From Selaginella moellendorffii (Eukaryota; Plantae; Lycopodiophyta), in NCBI RefSeq assembly GCF_000143415.4, contig NW_003314270.1:2945668-3009667 (forward strand): a stretch of DNA of 64,000 bases, read 5' to 3'. The stretch's first letter is position 1; every line of letters begins with the position of its first letter. A program made the translations under genes and the position numbers. This document shows, piece by piece, positions 53,399 through 64,000 of this stretch. The notes beneath the pieces were generated by a model. The model searched no databases, was not told where the DNA came from, and saw only the letters and a program-made list of their open reading frames with translations.

Positions 53399-55328
53399 TT
53401 CGCTAATTTCTCGCGAACACCAATACGATTTAGCCGCCGCGAATCCGACAAGCCAGGGATCAAAGAAATGGAACCCCGAGACCACACACGTCTCTCTCCC
53501 TCTCACTCTCTCACTCGATCACTCTCGATCAAGTTAGTGGGCGCTCAAATCTCATCACTCACCAGTCTAGGCAAGCAAGAACAAGCACTAAACTACTACC
53601 ACCACCGCGCAGTACCACCGAAAGCGAAGCCTAGGATGGATCGCGCCATAGCCTGCCAGTTCTGTGCTCCTGTCATCCCGGATCAAGAGAAAAAGACGAA
53701 GAACTCCCCCTCTCTTTCCTTCACTCCTTCTCACTCCCCAGGCTTTTTTCTCTTCGCTGCGATAGAAATGTAGCTTCTCCTACGGTCGGCCTACGCTAAG
53801 ATTCGTACGCAAAACAAAAAGAAAACACGAAAAGGAAAGAAACACCCAGTGACTGTTCTCTCAATCGCTCTCTCTTTGTCTCGCGAAACAAGCTTTGCTT
53901 TCTTTGCTTTGCTGCTTTCGTTGGCTGAGCTCTTTACTTCTTAAGATAACCAAAAGGGCCAGCTTTCACATTCTATATATCCTTACTTTAATCAGGACTA
54001 ATGCTTGATTTGGAAGCAAAAATGTGAATCCCCTGCTTTCATTAATCTGCTCTGTCGCTGCACGGGCAGCCAAAAGTCAAGCCTCGCGGGCAAAATTTTT
54101 TGTAAATCGCCCACTCGGCGACACGACTCCACCCTTGCGCGCCAAGTAACACTAGTTTTTGAAAATCAAATCTTAAGCACTAGGGCAGACGTGTCAGACG
54201 CGATCGCGGTCCATGTTGTCCTCGCTGTAGCAATCGTAGCCGTTGACCCTGAGGATAGCCACCCGTCTCCAAAGCCCAGAGGTCAGCATTACGGGGCTAT
54301 GAACGATAAGCATAGCTTGATATCGATTTCAATCTGCTGATCAAGATCACGACACATATCAACTTCATGACCTAAAATTTCGCAAGCTTTTCCGATCGTC
54401 CGCCACCCAACCCAGCAGAAAATTAAGTTTTTTTTCTTTCTGGTGTGGGATGACCACCTGTGAACTGTCATCCACTTTGGAAGCCCTTCCTTTACTACGG
54501 ATCTGATTCCCAGTGAGTGGGCTCCCTCTCTTTCACTCTCTCTTTTCTTCGAAGTTTTATAGCTCTTGCAGTTGCCATGATCGATCTCCACGGCCAAAGG
54601 AGCTCCCTTTTCTCCCTTTCGGTGGATCCCAATTTCCAAAGTGTCGAGCGGCACTGCTCGCGCTGGCCACCTCCTGAACGAGAGGAAAAACTTGTCTCGT
54701 GCCTGCCAAGATGGAAAGTTAAATCGGGATTTGGAGCTAGCGTTTGGACAGAAATATACCTCGCAATCACAATGTATGTGCTGTTTTAGATCTTGTGATT
54801 CTCAAGAAGACATATAATCCCAAACAGTGTTATCAATTTCGATGAGCCACAATTGTCTTCTTTTCTGGAGTGGAGCCGAAAAATCAGCCAAGGCGCGATT
54901 GAATCTCTGGAAAGTTATCGATGCCGTGTGAGGTTGGGGATCAACACCATATTTTCGTCACCCCGAAACTTCCATTCTCTTTGTAGAAGAATTTGATCCC
55001 CTGTGTTGTGGCCGAATCTATGTATCAGGCAAGCAAAAGCTATACTGGCTAGCGATCGAGACTGGCTGGTGGCAGCGCTATCTCACCAGAAAGATGGAAA
55101 AATAAAGAGACACGAAAAGAGAGGAAAAAATCAAGGCAAGGTGCGTGTCAAGGAACACATAACAAAAACGTCAAGCAAAGAAACTATGGTCGATCATTGT
55201 CGGCCACATCGAAAACCCCTGTCCTTTTTCTTTCGAGTTCTTTAGTTTGAAAAATCTCTTGCGATCCCAGCCGTTGGATTGCGAGCCGGGAGTTCTAGGC
55301 CGTCCGTTTGTCACCCACATTTTTTTCC

Positions 55329-55769
55329 ATGGCGTCGTCCATTCTTCTCACTTCGAATGGCTTGCGCGCCAGTCGGGGTTTTGCGAGCCATGGCTGTCTC
55401 AAATCGCGATTTGGGGCTCCAATTCCATCTCTGGGCAGAGCGATTCCATCGCTGGCACGGAGACGAGGGGGAGGATTGACTGTCAAATGCGAGCAAGGGG
55501 CTTCTAGCAGCGCCGGGGGAGAATTGGGCATTTGGGTTGGAAGATTCGCGATGCTTGGATTTGTCGGAACGCTCGCGGTAGAAATTGGCACTGGCAAAGG
55601 CCTTCTCGAGGTACGTGAAATCATGAAAATCTTTCCAACAAGTTCCGATGCTTCTTTTTTCTAGACTGCCGGATTGACGACTCCAGCTCCAATTCCCGCA
55701 TTGGCAGTGGCGGGTGTCCTCGGGGTGATCGCGGCGCTGGGAATTTTCAGGTCCGCGCCAAAAGAATGA
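55329..55769 (+). CDS. SEP1: Stress-enhanced protein 1-like (two-helix LHC-like protein)
   Basis: Transit peptide...VKCEQ, IWVGRFAMLGF, VEIGTGKGLLE, second TM helix after a short intron. Confidence 0.85.
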
Positions 55770-57205
55770 GACTCTAGAAACCTTCTATCTCTTTTCCAAC
55801 ACGACATCCACGCAGAAGAAATCTTTGGATTGCTAAAGCTGTAGATCTGTGAGAACGCATTCTTTCCTTTGCTCGAATTCAAAGCGCGTCAACTTTTTAC
55901 GTTGCAAAACTGGGAATGTTTTTTAATCGTTGGCTCACCGGAGGGAAATGCTGATAAGATGATCGTCTTTTACGCGCACCACCATAGAATTTGGGTATCT
56001 TATGCCCGGATGAGGCAGCAGCCCAGTGCCAATCTCAAACTTGTATCGCAGAAAGCACGCAACGAAAGTTCTTGTTGGGGAGGACTCTGAGTTGTATGTT
56101 TTTGATACCTACATGCAAACTTCAAAGAGTCGTTCTCTTGTGGACACTGATTTAACCACTGATAGTTGCGAATGTATGAAGCCTTCGGTTGATGGGATAG
56201 AAAACACCCTTTTGCTTTTGCTGAAACGTGAGACACAGAAACTGCATTATTGGCATCCCATGCAGAGTTGAGCAGCTATAGAATATTTGACAAGCATTGG
56301 GTGAAAGCCATTGTAAAACAGAAATTTGTTACTTGCCAAACTTGAATTTGGCTTTTGATGTTTCACGCAAGATGTAGTATGAATTAATTGTTGCATCCTC
56401 CTATGAAATATATTTAATGGGATCAAGTTCATCCCACCTTTTACTATTTGTGTATAATAGATTTTGAGTTCAAATCATATGACTAAAGGTTTTAAATTCA
56501 AATCTTATCATGGACAATGATAATGCAAATACACCCAAACATGATTAAATGGAGGCTTTAAATAAATATAAGTAAATGGAAATGTAAAAGTATTGGTGGA
56601 TCCCATTTTTGGAACTAAGTAAAGCTTCAAATTGTTATACAATTTAATTTATATTTCACTTCAACTTTTTGTGTGAGATTGATTAAATTTCTTTTTATTG
56701 TAACACTTTTAGTTCTCTACCCTTTTTTAGAAGAAAGATTTTATTTTTAAGATTTTGATCTTTTATTCAACACTTCACTAGTATGTTTAACAATATTAAT
56801 TGGGATCATATTGCTGTCAATATAATATAATAATTGCACTAAAATTCTAAAGCTGCATATTGATTCAAACCTAAATTAGGTTTTTAAATTTAAAATTACC
56901 TAAAAAAATTAATTATTTTTATATTGTAACCTAGGTTTTGATTAAAAAATTAAATAAAAGTATAAAAAATTATATTAAAATTATTTCTTAACTTTATTTA
57001 CAAATATTTTGCAATGGAGAATTTTTTATTTTAAAGTTTTACACTTATTTTATTATTCACAAATATATCTAATTTCCTTTTCCAATTGAAGGAAGTTTTT
57101 TTGAAAAATTCCCATAGAAACTGCCACTGCATCCAAGCCCAGCCAACAAGAGCAAGACAGGCAGCACCAATATTTTAGATTTAAATGTTAGAATTGTTTC
57201 ATACT

Positions 57206-58261
57206 TCAATTAGTTGTGCAGGAGGCTGAAAAGTTTTGGACATAATGCTTCATAGCGAGCACCAAATTCTTAAATCCAGACCACCCAGCATTCGCCTTAC
57301 TGATTATCTTCCTCACAAACTCCATAACACCTTCCAAATCTTTCTTGTTAATGCAACCACCAGTGATCCCATCACCTTTGATTAAACTAACTGTCCGCAT
57401 GTATCGCACAAGACTGTGGTACTCTATCACTTTGGAAAACACATCACCTCCATTGTTATTCCCATCAAACTGGCAGCCATCCACAGTGAAATCCTCCCCA
57501 ACATGTACGTAATTGAGCGATGGAAGGTAAGGAACCACGTCCCTGATATCCGACACCCTCAAAACATCCAGAGCGCTGATCTCTTCTTCCACCAATTGCT
57601 TGAATGTCTCGTCCCCAACCATGGGCGACGCAAACGTATAGACCGAGAGCTTCTTTCCTTGGACACGATCCATGATATCACTGTTTGCGACGTCAAAGGC
57701 CGCGAGAGTGGCGAGCGCTCCGCCAAGGCTGTGACCAACGAAGCTGATGCTATAGCCTGGATTGGAAGAGGCCAGAGATCGCAATTCCTCCACGGTTTGC
57801 TGCCTCAGGTTGATCTTCCCATCGTCAGACTCGGTGTACAAGCTGAGAAACCCATCGTGGATTCCGGGAGAATTGGCGGTACTACCATTGAGATATGTGA
57901 AAGAAAGTCGCGAAACCAGCAAGTTTTTGGCCCATTCCCCGGGATTGGACGTCCCCCGAAAGACCACCACCACGTTTTGCCTGGAATCGGAGATGGCAAC
58001 GCAGCCGATCCATACCAAGGGCTCCCCAAAAAAGGACCCAGTCTTCTCGGCGGCATACAAGTCCCTTGTGATCCTATAATCGCTGCCCGAGCTGACGATC
58101 GAGGAGGAGTTGATCTTGTTATACATGTCCTCCACGAATCCGCCGTAAAGGAGGAGCGTGTCGCGGTCCCAGGAGGCGGCGATGGCAGCGCCGAGAAAGA
58201 AAGTAGATACTACCAGCGCCAATGGAAAGATGGCCATCTCTTGTCCTATCATCCTAGCCAT
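57206..58261 (-). CDS. Phospholipase A1 / lipase class 3 (DAD1-like), intronless
   Basis: WIGCVAIS, VVVFRGT..EW, HDGFLSLYT, VGHSLGGALATL, FASPMVGD, DVVPYLP, HSL. Confidence 0.9.
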   Translation of the reverse strand: MARMIGQEMAIFPLALVVSTFFLGAAIAASWDRDTLLLYGGFVEDMYNKINSSSIVSSGSDYRITRDLYAAEKTGSFFGEPLVWIGCVAISDSRQNVVVVFRGTSNPGEWAKNLLVSRLSFTYLNGSTANSPGIHDGFLSLYTESDDGKINLRQQTVEELRSLASSNPGYSISFVGHSLGGALATLAAFDVANSDIMDRVQGKKLSVYTFASPMVGDETFKQLVEEEISALDVLRVSDIRDVVPYLPSLNYVHVGEDFTVDGCQFDGNNNGGDVFSKVIEYHSLVRYMRTVSLIKGDGITGGCINKKDLEGVMEFVRKIISKANAGWSGFKNLVLAMKHYVQNFSASCTTN

Positions 58262-58647
58262 TCGATCCTTGAAATATTATCCCCGCGCATCTGGAATCTA
58301 GCATCGAATCCTCCGTCTCGTGGTAGGCGACAGAGATTCCTCGTCCTTTGTGCTGGATCCCTTTTGCGGTTTAGGTCTTCCAAATTATTAGCACATAAGC
58401 CCTAGTCAAATGGACAACTAAGTCAAACTGGATATCTCAACGAGATCTATGCCGATGTCATAGAAAAGGTGGCATTGAAAACAAACAAGAAGTTGGGCAG
58501 TGTAAAGAAAGTTTTCATAGAAAAGAAGGTATGTTACACAACTCTCACTCACTCGATTGAGGGACGTTCGATCGCTTCCCCTCCTAAAACAACAAAAAAG
58601 TAGAAAACGAAGAAAACAGTTGATCGCTGAATGATTTTGCTAGCTCT

Positions 58648-61136
58648 CTAGTTACTATACAAGCAGGCATTGTCTCCAAAGTTGTGATGCTCCAAGTTGT
58701 GATGCTCCTCCACGTCCCTTTGGTAAGCCTCGGACAGCTGCTTGTCATCGGTGACCCTCTTGAGCTTGGCGAGCAGACGGAGTTGATCCTCGGGGATGCG
58801 CCGGTTCTGGATGCACTCGTGCTCGAACGATCCATCGTCCATGTAGCTGTTTAGAATGGCTGTGCACCGCGGGAAGAATCGATGGCCAACTTCAACTAAA
58901 ACATCGACAGAAGTCACAGTCAGGAACTCGGGAGGACGCAGTGCCGTGCTTACTTGCTCGCTGGAGAGCGTTAACTCTTTGGAGGAGCGACGAGTTTATG
59001 TCCGTGTCGGATCGAGTCGGCTCCTTGTTGAGATCCATGAGGCTGCTCGTGTCTTCCATGCTGAACTCCTTGGTGGTGTCCAGCTGGGACAGCCCCAGCA
59101 CCACTTTGCACTCGCGCGGCCATAAAAGTCGAGCAAATGCGACTGTGGAACAGTAAAAACATCATCCATCAGTCCAGTTCTTCCAGCCTCGAAGCAGCCA
59201 ATAAAGAGGAAAGGAGAACATCCTCCAAAAACTTTAAAGCACACTGGCTAGAAAGAAATCAGTCCAGGAAAAAGCCTGACACTCGCAAGTTCTATCACTA
59301 TCTTCAAACCAAAAGCAAAGAAAAAACAAACAACAATCAAAGAGACACCAAGACACCATATAGTCAAAGTGAAAAATCAAACCTCTCTTTCTTTGCAATC
59401 GCTAAGTTCAATCACGTGATCATGTCATGGAAGGAAAGAAAGCTGGCAAATCACTCCTTCCAAGAAACCAAAGAACCAACAAGGAGGAGGAGATGGAACT
59501 TTACCTCGATTTTCCAAGTAGAGTAATCTCATCAAGAGCTCCCTCTCGCCCATGGGCACTGGGAACACCGGACAAGGATTCGCGCGATCGGCCTGCTCGA
59601 GGATCTCCACGCAAATCCTATCGCGCAGCCAGTCCTCGCGGGCCTCGGCGGACTCCAGCGACTCGATGTTCCTGGCGATCCTCCGCGACACTTGCAGCGC
59701 GGTATACCCCTCGGGCGTGGTGTCGAGCGGCGACGCGCCTTTGCCGAGCAAGAGCCCGACCACCTCGGGCACCCGGCGGAGCGTGGCGGCGTGCAGCACG
59801 GTATAGCCATATCGGTCCCGGAGATTGACGTCGCCCAGGCCGAGATCCAGGAGCTCGGTCAGCGTCTTGCGATCACAGTAGGAGGCCGCGTAGTGAAGCG
59901 CATACACCGAATCCACGCGGGAATTGCTCTCGCTGAGGAGCATCCCCATGAGCTCCACATCGTCGGAGTCGAGCGCCTTGTAGACGCGGCGCCACCGCTT
60001 GTCCTCCGCGGCGTCCACCGGGTGGATGCCAAGGCGGTGGCGGAGCTGCGCGATGTCGCGGACCAGCGCCGGGGCGTGCGCGAGGAGAGATTTCTCGATG
60101 GCCAGCGCCGGCGTGTTGGATCTGGCCAGGATTGGAAGGCACATTTCCTGGAGCGCCTCGCATCCCTGCTGCGCGGCCGCCGCCGCCGCGATCTGGAGCA
60201 CGTTCTCGGCCGGCGTCTTGGGGAGGAGCCGGAGGAGACGATCCTGCATCCACGGAACGAAGGCGAGAGATCAAAATCCCTTCTCTTTCTCTCGAATTCC
60301 TCCAAGAACCCTAAAATCGAGAAAGGGGGAAAGGAAGATTTTAGTACCTGCGCCATGCTCTTGAGGTCCGACACTTGGAACAGCGATCCCACGAAGAGGA
60401 GCTCCAGCAAGAACTCGATCACCGGCCAGCACGCCACATGCGGGCATTGCGAATCCATGCACGTCACGCCGCTGCATTCCTCCTCGATCCGCTGGAATTT
60501 GCCGCCATAGAAATATCCCAGCACGATCATCAGCGCCTGCCGGCCAATCTTCCCAGTCCCGCCCGCGAGCTCCGCCAAATCCACCTCCACCCTACCGCTA
60601 CCGCTACCTCTACCGCCACTCGCCGCCGCCGCCGCCGGTGGCGGCTCCTTCCTCTTCTCCCCGGCCTTCGATCGCTTCTCCGGCGGCGCTACCGCCACCG
60701 CCGCTGCCTGGACCCGCTGCTGCTCCCGCTGCTTCTCCGCGAAGATCCGGCGAAGGAATGGGCTGCGCGCCGCGAGGATGCAGCGGTGCACGGGCACTGT
60801 CACGCCCTCGGCGACGATGATCTCGGCATCGCTGTAGAAATGGCAGTCCTCCAGCGGCGCGCTCGTCACCAGTCCCTCGAGGTCCTGCCCCAGCTTGTTC
60901 AGTCCCACCCATGCTTGCAATTGGTCCTCCTCCAGCCCGCCGCCGCTACCACTGCCATCGTTGGGCGTCGCCGCCAGCACGCCGCCACAAGCGCCGCCGC
61001 CAGCGGACGTACAGCTGCTGGCGGCAATTGACGGCGATTGCATGCCGCCCGCGGTACACTGCCCCTGCGTGGGCGGCGACAGCGAGAGACGCGACGTCAT
61101 ACTGCCGCTGCTAGCCGCGCGGCTAACATTGACCAT
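58648..61136 (-). CDS. NPR1/NPR3-like salicylic-acid receptor family protein (BTB/POZ + ankyrin + NPR C-terminal; 4 exons)
   Basis: VPVHRCILAARSPF, KALDSDDVEL, ALHYAASYCD, LLYLENRVAFARLL across the intron, VEVGHRFFPRC. Confidence 0.93.
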
Positions 61137-61282
61137 CTATCCCCTCTCCTCGGACCTCCTCCTCCTCTTATCGTGCTCGTGGCGCCATAGCCCGGAATTC
61201 CAATCGCCTCCTACTCGATCATCGTCCTATCCATCCAGAAATTCTTTCACTGGAGAGAGTAGCGATTTCTTTTCTTTTCTTT

Positions 61283-61284
<2 letters not shown>

Positions 61285-61319
<35 letters not shown>

Positions 61320-61323
61320 TCTC
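61285..61323. repeat. (CT)n microsatellite upstream of the NPR-like gene
   Basis: ctctctctctct run. Confidence 0.9.
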
Positions 61324-62418
61324 TAGTACTAGTACTACTTGTGAGCTAGGCTGTAGAATCGAATCCTGGGCAGAAGATTATTCAACTCAACTCTCTAGAA
61401 CCCTAATCTCTGGAGGAGGGGCTCGCCTCTCAAAATCACACCTCTCGCCAAATCTGGGCTTGAATGTGTTGGGTTGTTGGGGGGTTTTAGATTCGAGGCA
61501 CTGCAAAGGCGCGATCTTTAGAAGCGCAAGAACAAAAGAGAGAGAGGGCCAGTGTGTGGTGGACAGACCAGACTGCCTTCGGTCCACTTGTTGTTCTACT
61601 ATACGCAGCGCCCCCTCTTGGGTGTAGGGAATTTTATCTCCAATCACAGGCAAGGGAAATTTAAGGCCCGTCGCGTTCCCCACGAACGACCCAATCCAAA
61701 TCCAACTGTTCCGTGGCGTTTGGCTTGGACCGTGATGATTCGATCTAAACATCACCAAACATCACCCCCGTGCTTTTCCATGGTTTTGGCGCTGGTGTAG
61801 TGTCCCAATTTTTGGAAGTGTTTCGAGCTAGCGTGTGTTGTCACCTTGACATTTGCACTCGTCCTGTAGTTCCTGCAGTTCTTCCGTTCTTTTGTTTGCT
61901 TGCTGGAATATGCGTACATGTGCCGCATATACTCGACGACGAACGACGGAAACCTCCAAACCCATTCATGCATTCGAGCATCCAAACGTGCATGCTGCAC
62001 TGAATTTGCTCCCCGGCACTTACCATAAAGGAGCGGATCGCAAAAGGCGTGCGATTGCGATTGCACAACAAGCCCGGAACCCTAAATCTCCCACACACAT
62101 CATGGGAGAGAATGGAATCTCCCATCCAGGCCGGGGAGATTGCCCGAATCTCATTCAACTTTCATTCCTCTCTGGGTAAGAAAAAAGAAAGAAAGAGTGA
62201 TTGGCTTTTGGTTGTGCCGGCAATCACGAAGAACCCAACCGAACAAGCTTTGCAAATTGCAAGCTTTTTTACATTTGGATAGATTTGCTATTTGGTACAG
62301 CTGTAGAGAAAAGTCGGCGTCAGACATATCCAATCCGCTTTTTGCCCTTAGGGCTCTTTTAGGGCTTGAATAGGGCTAAACACTTTTAGGGCAAACCAGA
62401 GGAATAGAATATTCGGCT

Positions 62419-62430
62419 CCCAACGGCTAC
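62419..62430 (+). promoter_or_regulatory. MSA-like element (CCCAACGGCT)
   Basis: Matches the YCYAACGGYY consensus about 90 bp upstream of a D-box-containing gene. Confidence 0.4.
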
Positions 62431-62514
62431 CTGGATTTTGAATGCTACCCCCCCGGCTTTTAAAATGGGAGAGAGTGCTCGCGTTTTGGGGCAGTGGAGC
62501 TTTGGTACCTAGCT

Positions 62515-63574
62515 ATGGAGGCGGTGCCAGTCCGGAGAACACGTAGCCAGGCAAGGAAGGAGCAGCAGCAGGAGGAGGAAGTGATCTTAGCCGGTGAGTC
62601 TTCTCGATTTGATTTCTTGTATTGCCCAAATCGATTTTGTTTCCTGGCCTGCCTCTCCAGTGGATTTGCAGATCGATCCAATCGCGGCAGAGGAGCATGC
62701 GAAGCTCGGGTGGCGGCGGCGCGGCGTGCCCGGCAAGAGGAGGACGGCGGCCCCGCGGCGGCGGCCACTGGCGGACGTGACCAACGATTCGCCCATCGCT
62801 GGGATGTGCAAGGGCTCGCCGGCGGCGGCCATGGCTATCGCGAAGAACAAGAGCGCGGCCGTGGTGTTGGAGGAAGAAGAAGAGGCCGGTGAGAGCTTGC
62901 TGAGATCTCAGGTCCAGTCCTTGCTCGAGACGGTCGATCCTTGCAAGGTGACTAGCTTCGTGTACTCGTCGCCGTGCTCGGATCATGGCGGCCCAACGCC
63001 CGCAAACACCCCAGCTGGTGGCGCCACCGCCGCCGCCGCCGCCGGGATGATCACTATCGCTATCCACGATCCAGCCGAGGAGGAGGACGACCAGAGCTCC
63101 AACTGGTCAGTGGATGTGAATGTAAGCTCGCCCCAGAAGAGCGTGGAGGAAGAAGAGGAAGAACCCGTGATCCAGAAGGACGGGAAGGCGAATCCAAGTC
63201 GCCCAAATCCATGGGCGATGCGCGATCACACTTCCAAGCTCGTAGATCCCGAGTTTGAGGACGAAGGAGCGATCGATCAAAGCCCCGGGGCCAAGAAGGA
63301 GGAAGAATTCGGCGAGGAGGAGGAAGAGGACGAGGTTGTGGATGACGAGCTATGCCGCGGTGTGAGTGGAATCTGTGTGTCGAAGAAGCCACTCTTCGCC
63401 CAATTCGCTGGAAAGCACATCCGCTACAAGTATAACAGCGATGACGAGCTGCTGGAGGAGGAAGTGATCGATCCACCATCACCGCCACCAGTGGCGGAGC
63501 CATCGCCATCGATCACCAAGCTCAACGGGGTCCCAATCGCCGCTGGCAAGCATCTCCGCTTCCAGGACCCATGA
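62515..63574 (+). CDS. Acidic plant protein of unknown function with D-box-like RPLADVTN motif (2 exons)
   Basis: MEAVPVRRTRSQ exon 1, GTGAGT...GCAG intron, RRPLADVTNDSPIAG, GESLLRSQV, GKHIRY.YNSDDE, GKHLRF. Confidence 0.8.
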
Positions 63575-63699
63575 AACTTTCGATCGATCAGTCACATCTC
63601 AAGCTCTTTTTGAGAAGAATCAAGGCTTTTTTTTTCTAGAGTTTCCTGTGTCGATCAGCTCGTAGCTTTCAATGGATCAACGAATCTTTCCAGATGACA

Positions 63700-63795
63700 C
63701 GCTCGATCGAAAGAGATGAACACTCTCGATCGAACGAGATGAAGAACGCTCGATCGAAAGAGATGAAGAACGCTTGATCGAAAGAGATGAAGAAC
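63700..63795. repeat. Short tandem repeat, about 4 copies of CGCTCGATCGAAAGAGATGAA(GAA)
   Basis: Directly visible. Confidence 0.9.
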
Positions 63796-63804
63796 ACGAC
63801 TATC

Positions 63805-64000
63805 CTACCCATCTCTGGCAGTGATGGAGATTTGCGAAGAGCACGCATTGGAAAGCAACATAAACGCGGAGGAGTTCCCTGGATCGAGCTTCATCACATT
63901 CTTGGCAGCTCGAGCGCCCCTCTCGACGTCGCCATGAACCCTACACGCGCCCAGCAGCGCCGCCCACGCCACCGCCCCGGGCAAGTAGGGCATCGATTCC
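63805..64000 (-). CDS. PLS-class pentatricopeptide repeat protein, C-terminal E domain (5' part outside the window)
   Basis: MPYLPGAVAWAALLGACRVHGDVERGARAA...LDPGNSSAFMLLSN. Confidence 0.88.
   Translation of the reverse strand, partial: ESMPYLPGAVAWAALLGACRVHGDVERGARAAKNVMKLDPGNSSAFMLLSNACSSQISITARDG

Noticed and set aside
56026-56271. SWIM/MULE-like remnant (VDTDLTTDSCEC)
   Set aside because: Lacks the downstream CxH and any transposase context
57416-58405. 329-aa antisense ORF over PLA1 (and similar antisense ORFs over the transporter, F-box and NPR genes)
   Set aside because: Shadow ORFs expected from GC-rich codon usage on the coding strand

Overview
Eukaryotic land-plant nuclear DNA. 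The very short introns (mostly about 45-80 bp), tiny intergenic gaps and gene content suggest the lycophyte Selaginella, but this is an inference. The window has two compartments. (1) Bases 1-14.9 kb are an accessory, partly AT-rich and CpG-depleted region. It carries two direct-orientation copies, about 10.6 kb apart, of a gene for a P-loop NTPase fused to a restriction-endonuclease-fold domain resembling Crinkler/RHS-type (CR) proteins. Copy 1 looks intact; copy 2 has an 11-bp deletion through the putative nuclease motif. Between them lie a decayed tRNA-like sequence, a ~1.75-kb modular tandem-repeat array with higher-order structure, and an inverted decayed paralogous fragment. (2) Bases 15-64 kb are a gene-dense block of recognisable plant genes: TRM2A-like tRNA methyltransferase, two FUSC/ALMT-like transporters, a Ulp1 protease, plastid HSP90, two OSB proteins, PCH2, cytosolic PGI, a thioredoxin-like protein, an F-box protein, PUR7, BAT1, a LysM GPI protein, CAT9, RPL6, GRXS15, tRNA-Arg(ACG), SEP1, PLA1, an NPR-like gene, a D-box protein and the end of a PPR gene. 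Several small duplication relics also occur. Gene spans are given start codon to stop codon including introns and were read by eye; no database search was run.
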